This document shows, one piece after another, positions 59,662 to 64,000 of a stretch of DNA of 64,000 nt (its first letter is position 1; the number at the start of each line of letters is the position of its first letter). A model generated the notes under the pieces. It worked only from the letters and a program-made list of their open reading frames with translations. It was not told where the DNA came from and did not search any database. This DNA is from Streptomyces sp. (lineage in GTDB: Bacteria > Actinomycetota > Actinomycetes > Streptomycetales > Streptomycetaceae), in contig NZ_JAEKKT010000203.1 of NCBI RefSeq assembly GCF_019510245.1, positions 5,639 to 69,638 of the forward strand. Direction: 5' to 3'. The translations under genes were made by a program, and so were the position numbers.

Positions 59662-60455
59662 GTTTCCCCTACGGGCTCATCGCCACCGACCTCGACGGGA
59701 CGCTGCTGCGCTCCGACGAGTCCATCTCCCCGCGCACCCGTGAAGCGCTCGCCGCGGCCACCGCGGCGGGCGCCGCACACATCGTCGTCACCGGCCGCGC
59801 GGTCCCCTGGACCCGGCACATCCTCGACGACCTCGGCTACGACGGCCTCGCCGTGTGCGGCCAGGGGGCGCAGGTGTACGACGCCGGTGCGCACCGCCTC
59901 CTGACCTCGGTGACGCTGGACCGGCAGCTGGCCGGGGTCGCCCTCGCGAAGATCGAGGCGGAGGTCGGCCCGCTGTACCTGGCGGCGAGCCGTGACGGCC
60001 TGGACGGCGACGTCCTGGTGGGACCGGGGTACGCGGTGACGGGCCATCTCCCGTCGACCCCCTTCACGGACGCGGCCGACCTCTGGTCGGCGCCGCTGAA
60101 CAAGATCTACATACAGCACCCGGAGCTGTCCGACGACGAGCTCGCGGAAGCGGCCCGGCAGGCGGCCGGGGGCTTCGTCACGGTCGCCATGGCGGGCGAG
60201 GGAATCGTCGAGCTGCTGCCGCTCGGGCTGTCCAAGGCGACGGGACTGTCGTTGGCCGCGCGCCGGCTGGGGCTCAAGGCCACCGACACGATCGCCTTCG
60301 GCGACATGCCGAACGACATCCCGATGTTCGGCTGGGCTTCGTACGGGGTGGCCATGGCCAACGCGCATGAGGAACTCAAGGCGGTGGCCGACGAGGTGAC
60401 GTCTTCCAACGAGGAGGACGGGATCGCGGTGGTCGTGGAGCGTCTGCTGGGTTGA
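59658..60455 (+). CDS. Cof-type HAD hydrolase
   Basis: DLDGTLL, VTGR, SKATG, FGDMPND. Confidence 0.92.
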   Translation: MSFPYGLIATDLDGTLLRSDESISPRTREALAAATAAGAAHIVVTGRAVPWTRHILDDLGYDGLAVCGQGAQVYDAGAHRLLTSVTLDRQLAGVALAKIEAEVGPLYLAASRDGLDGDVLVGPGYAVTGHLPSTPFTDAADLWSAPLNKIYIQHPELSDDELAEAARQAAGGFVTVAMAGEGIVELLPLGLSKATGLSLAARRLGLKATDTIAFGDMPNDIPMFGWASYGVAMANAHEELKAVADEVTSSNEEDGIAVVVERLLG

Positions 60456-60471
60456 AGCCCGTCCGTTGTCT

Positions 60472-60538
60472 GCGGGTGTGTGGGGGCTGGTCGCGCAGTT
60501 CCTCCCCCAGCCTTCGGCCGGGAGCCCCCCAGCGCCCC
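60472..60538 (+). repeat. REP-like repeat, left inverted copy
   Basis: GGTCGCGCAGTTCCTCCCCCAGCCTTCGGCCGGG..CCCCCAGCGCCCC. Confidence 0.8.
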
Positions 60539-60573
60539 TTGGGTAGGGCCACTCATGCGCGTTCACAAGTTCT

Positions 60574-60662
<89 letters not shown>

Positions 60663-60719
60663 GGGTGGGCGGCCCACGCGAGAGCGACATCGCGTGCTCG
60701 AAGCGGCCGCCCCGGGCAG

Positions 60720-60782
60720 CTACACGGCGCTCCGCCGACGGCTGCCCTGACGGGAGCGGGACGTACTGTCGTGCATGGACAT
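60720..60782 (-). CDS. Putative Ser/Arg-rich 20-aa leader peptide MSMHDSTSRSRQGSRRRSAV
   Basis: Strong RBS GGAGAGGAG 7 nt before ATG; TAG 57 nt upstream of the tRNA 5' end. Confidence 0.55.
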   Translation of the reverse strand: MSMHDSTSRSRQGSRRRSAV

Positions 60783-60883
60783 CGTCCGGCTCCTCTCCCA
60801 GATGGTGGGGTGACACAACAACTTTGCCTTCGGGCCGAGTTGACCGCCACTGATTAAAACAGGGCCTACTGAAGCGCGCCTTT

Positions 60884-60951
60884 GGGGCGCTGGGGGTACC
60901 CCCGGCCGAAGGCTGGGGGAGGAACTGCGCGACCGGCCCCCACCGGCCCGC
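60884..60951 (-). repeat. REP-like repeat, right inverted copy
   Basis: Reverse complement nearly matches 60472-60538. Confidence 0.8.
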
Positions 60952-60965
60952 AGCCGAAAAACCGC

Positions 60966-61163
60966 CTACCGGCGCCACCACTTTCGGCGCGCCTTGCTGA
61001 AGAACCACCCGGCGGGCGGCTCGTCCGATCGCCACGGCTGCGGTTCCGGCGACTCCTCGCGCCAGCGCGCCGCCAGCATCCGCGCCCGCGCGGACGGCTC
61101 GGCCGTCTCCGCGGACCGTATGAACTCCTCGTCCAGTACGAGGTCGTTCCAGTCGTCAGCCAT
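60966..61163 (-). CDS. Small hypothetical protein
   Basis: AGGAGG RBS; LVLDEEFIR.A...EPSARARMLAARW. Confidence 0.7.
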   Translation of the reverse strand: MADDWNDLVLDEEFIRSAETAEPSARARMLAARWREESPEPQPWRSDEPPAGWFFSKARRKWWRR

Positions 61164-61244
61164 CCCCGCGCCTCCTACGCAGTGCATCCGCTTTGACCCA
61201 CTGTGCCCGGACGGGGGTGAAGCCCCCGTCAGTAAGGGGGCCGT

Positions 61245-61964
61245 CTACTCCTCGCCCGCCAGCGTCAGCGAGCGCAGCTTCTGGCCGGCGTACCAGGTGG
61301 CCAGGACGGTCACCACGACCAGCAGCACCGTGCCCGTCGTCAGTGACACATCGGACGTGACCAGGTCGCCGCCGGTCACCTTGTGGGCGACCGCAAGGGA
61401 CCACTGCTGGACGCTCAGCGTCCGCGCTCCGGGGACCAGGGAGCCGAACAGGGCCTCCCAGACCAGCGCATAGACGAGCCCGAAGACCACCGCGTGCCGC
61501 GACACCGTGCCGAGCAGCAGGAAGAGCGCGGCGTAGGCGATGGAGGCGACCAGCGCGGCGACCGTGTAGGCGACGGCGATCTGCTGCCCGTTGCCGTTAA
61601 GGACGAAGCCCGCGACCAGGGTCGGCAGGGCGGAGAAGACCATGGTCACCGCGATCGCCACGATCAGCTTGGTGAAGATGATCGTCGGCCGTTTGATCGG
61701 CTTGGACAGCAGGTACACCACCGAGCCGTCGTCGATCTCCGGGCCGATCGCACCCGTGCCGGCGATGACGCCGATGATCGGCACCATGGTGGCGAGCCCG
61801 AGGCCGCCGAGCAGGTCGGCGGCCGTCTGGTCGTCGGCGCCCGCGAGGCCGCGGACGACGACGGAGATCGCGATCAGCAGCAGCGGCAGGGCGCCCAGGA
61901 TGAGGGCGCGACGGCGGCCGAGCAGGGCCCGGTAGGTGAGCCGGGCGACTGTGGGGTCGTACAT
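61245..61964 (-). CDS. ABC-2 type permease
   Basis: About 6 TMs, EIDDGS..YLL.KP. Confidence 0.88.
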   Translation of the reverse strand: MYDPTVARLTYRALLGRRRALILGALPLLLIAISVVVRGLAGADDQTAADLLGGLGLATMVPIIGVIAGTGAIGPEIDDGSVVYLLSKPIKRPTIIFTKLIVAIAVTMVFSALPTLVAGFVLNGNGQQIAVAYTVAALVASIAYAALFLLLGTVSRHAVVFGLVYALVWEALFGSLVPGARTLSVQQWSLAVAHKVTGGDLVTSDVSLTTGTVLLVVVTVLATWYAGQKLRSLTLAGEE

Positions 61965-61974
61965 CTTCGGCCTC

Positions 61975-62886
61975 CTACGCCGCGACCAGATACGAGAACA
62001 CGGATTCGAGGGACTCGTCGGACGGCGAGACCGTGAGCAGCCGGATGCCGTGGTCGCGGGCGACCTTGGGCAGCAGGGCGGTGAAGCGGCCGAAGTCGAC
62101 GGCCTGGATGCGCAACGCGCCCTCGGTCAGGTCGACTTCGATGCCCGAGGTGGAGGGGTCGGCGATGAGGGCGGCCGCGAGGGCGCGGTCGTCGCTGGAG
62201 CGGACCAGGTAGCGGTGCGGGCGGTCGGTCATCAGGCGGCGGATCTTGCGGAAGTCGCCGCTGGCCGCGTGCCGTCCGGCGACCACGACCTCGATGTGCC
62301 AGGCGAGTTGCTCGACCTCTTCGAGGATGTGGGAGGAGAAGAGGACCGTGCGGCCCTCGTCGCCCATGCGCCGCAGGAGCTCCATGAGCTGCATGCGCTG
62401 GCGCGGGTCCATGCCGTTGAAGGGCTCGTCGAGGAGGAGCAGGGACGGGTCGTGGACCAGGGCGGACGCCATCTTCACGCGCTGGCGCATGCCCTTGGAG
62501 TACGTCGAGATCCTGCGGTCCTGCGCGTACTCCATCTCGACGGTGGCGAGGGCCTTCTGGGCGGCCTTGGCGCCGAGGCCGTGCAACTCGGCGTTGGCGA
62601 CGACGAACTCGCGGCCGGTGAGGAAGTCGTACATCGCCTCGCGCTCGGGGACGATGCCGATGTGCTTGTAGATCGCCTCGTTGCGCCAGGTGGGCTGCCC
62701 GTCGAGGGTGACCGTGCCGGTGGAGGGGGCGAGGAAGCCGCCCATCATGTTGATGAGGGTGGACTTGCCGGCGCCGTTGGGGCCGAGGAGGCCGGTGACG
62801 CCGGGGCCGATGGTCATGGTGACGTCGTTGACGGCGACCACGTTGCCGAACCAGCGGGAGACGTGGTCGATGGAGAGCGTGGTCAC
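61975..62886 (-). CDS. ABC transporter ATP-binding protein
   Basis: GPNGAGKST, YSKGMRQR, LLLDEP, SSH. Confidence 0.93.
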   Translation of the reverse strand: MTTLSIDHVSRWFGNVVAVNDVTMTIGPGVTGLLGPNGAGKSTLINMMGGFLAPSTGTVTLDGQPTWRNEAIYKHIGIVPEREAMYDFLTGREFVVANAELHGLGAKAAQKALATVEMEYAQDRRISTYSKGMRQRVKMASALVHDPSLLLLDEPFNGMDPRQRMQLMELLRRMGDEGRTVLFSSHILEEVEQLAWHIEVVVAGRHAASGDFRKIRRLMTDRPHRYLVRSSDDRALAAALIADPSTSGIEVDLTEGALRIQAVDFGRFTALLPKVARDHGIRLLTVSPSDESLESVFSYLVAA

Positions 62887-63788
62887 AGTCCCACCTTCTT
62901 GTAGCGGCGCAGCAGAAGGCCGTAGCTCGCGGCGATGAGGCCGAGGACGACGAGCAGGTACACCGCGCCCTGGGCGTGGGAGGGGCCGTCGCCGCCCGGG
63001 AAGGTGTTGGTGCCGCCGAGCAGGGCGGTGCTCAGGCCGCCGATCAGGGTGACCGGCGAGAACAGGCCGATCCACGCGATGGCGCCGGTGCTGCCCTGGG
63101 AGTCGGCGATGGCCTGGAGGGTGGAGACCGCGCCGTAGGAGATGGTCAGCACGGCGATCACGGCGGCGATGCCGAAGCCGCGGCGCGGGGTGACCGAAGC
63201 GATGACCAGGCCGATGCCGGCGAAGAGCAGGGAGAGGAGGGCGACCGAGACCAGTCCCTGGCCGAAGCCCTTGCTCTGGTGGGCGAAGTCCATCTTGGCG
63301 AGCAGGGCGCCCACGTACAGCACGAGCAGCGGGGCGCCGGTCAGGATGAACATCGCGGAGGCCAGGGCCGCGAACTTGGCCTGCACGTAGTCGGCGGTCT
63401 CGATGGGCCGCGAGAAGTACAGCGGGATGGTCTTGAAGCGCAGGTCGCGGGAGACGGCCTGGGGTGCCTGCGAGGCGACGTACAGGCTGATGACGGCCTG
63501 CATGATGATCGCGTACCGCGTGTAGGAGACCGGCAGGTCGTGCGCCTTGGTGGCGACGGCCACGGCGACCATGATGGCCGCCGGGACGCACATCACCGCG
63601 AACAGCAGCATCGGCAGCACCTTGGACTTCACCGAACGGCCGAGACCGTAGGAGCCGCGCAGGGTCTGCGAGTAGAGGGACAGGCGGGCGTACGCGCGGC
63701 CGAGGCGGGGGCCGTCGTAGCCGCGATAGCCGATGTCGTGGATGCGGGACTGGTCGCCCGGTCCCGCGATGGGCTGGTCAACCGCCAT
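62883..63788 (-). CDS. ABC-2 type permease
   Basis: IHDIGYR, LYFSRP, multiple TMs. Confidence 0.88.
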   Translation of the reverse strand: MAVDQPIAGPGDQSRIHDIGYRGYDGPRLGRAYARLSLYSQTLRGSYGLGRSVKSKVLPMLLFAVMCVPAAIMVAVAVATKAHDLPVSYTRYAIIMQAVISLYVASQAPQAVSRDLRFKTIPLYFSRPIETADYVQAKFAALASAMFILTGAPLLVLYVGALLAKMDFAHQSKGFGQGLVSVALLSLLFAGIGLVIASVTPRRGFGIAAVIAVLTISYGAVSTLQAIADSQGSTGAIAWIGLFSPVTLIGGLSTALLGGTNTFPGGDGPSHAQGAVYLLVVLGLIAASYGLLLRRYKKVGL

Positions 63789-64000
63789 GGACGGTCGCCT
63801 CCTTCCGCTGCTCGTCGCTGGTGAAGACCTCGGAGATGTGGTGCCTGCGCTGTTCCATGCGCACCAGGCCGAGGCCGAGGTCGGCGACGACGTCGCGGAC
63901 GAGGTCGTACGTCTCCTCGCCCTGGGCGGTGAGCAGCAGGATGTGGCCGGCGCCGGGGAGGCCGCCGCCCTCGTTGTCCGTCTCCACCCCGCGCGCGTGG
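63778..64000 (-). CDS. C-terminal part of a probable ABC ATP-binding protein (5' end outside the window)
   Basis: YDLVRDVVADLGLGLVRMEQRRH; operon position. Confidence 0.65.
   Translation of the reverse strand, partial: HARGVETDNEGGGLPGAGHILLLTAQGEETYDLVRDVVADLGLGLVRMEQRRHHISEVFTSDEQRKEATVHGG

Overview
High-GC actinobacterial (Streptomyces-like) chromosome segment from the core region around pheA-serS. Core content: a glycosyltransferase pair with an OmpR-type two-component system, a PAS/pseudokinase/REC hybrid sensor, an acyl-CoA ligase, an ECF sigma factor, an igr/chs-like acyl-CoA catabolic operon, a nepA-like gene, an HtrA protease, pepP, a copper-handling operon (ycnI-sco-PCuAC-copCD-dtpA), pheA, a DnaA-box cluster, serS and ABC transporter genes. 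Unusual features: (1) two convergent secreted poly-Asn/Gly proteins, one with a near-strict 13-aa (N9-G4) period, beside a STAND-LuxR regulator; (2) a tRNA-Ser gene at 12.4 kb that has lost its 5' half and anticodon, while a divergent intact tRNA-Ser(GCT) near serS sits behind a Ser-rich 20-codon leader ORF and a hairpin, flanked by inverted REP-like repeats; (3) a ~6.8-kb integrase-less island at tRNA-Ser(TGA) containing several tRNA-derived att relics, a matched pair of amyloid-signalling-like motifs across an ATGA gene overlap, and a putative secreted nuclease/immunity pair with a stop codon in the signal peptide. All product calls come from motif recognition, without database searches.
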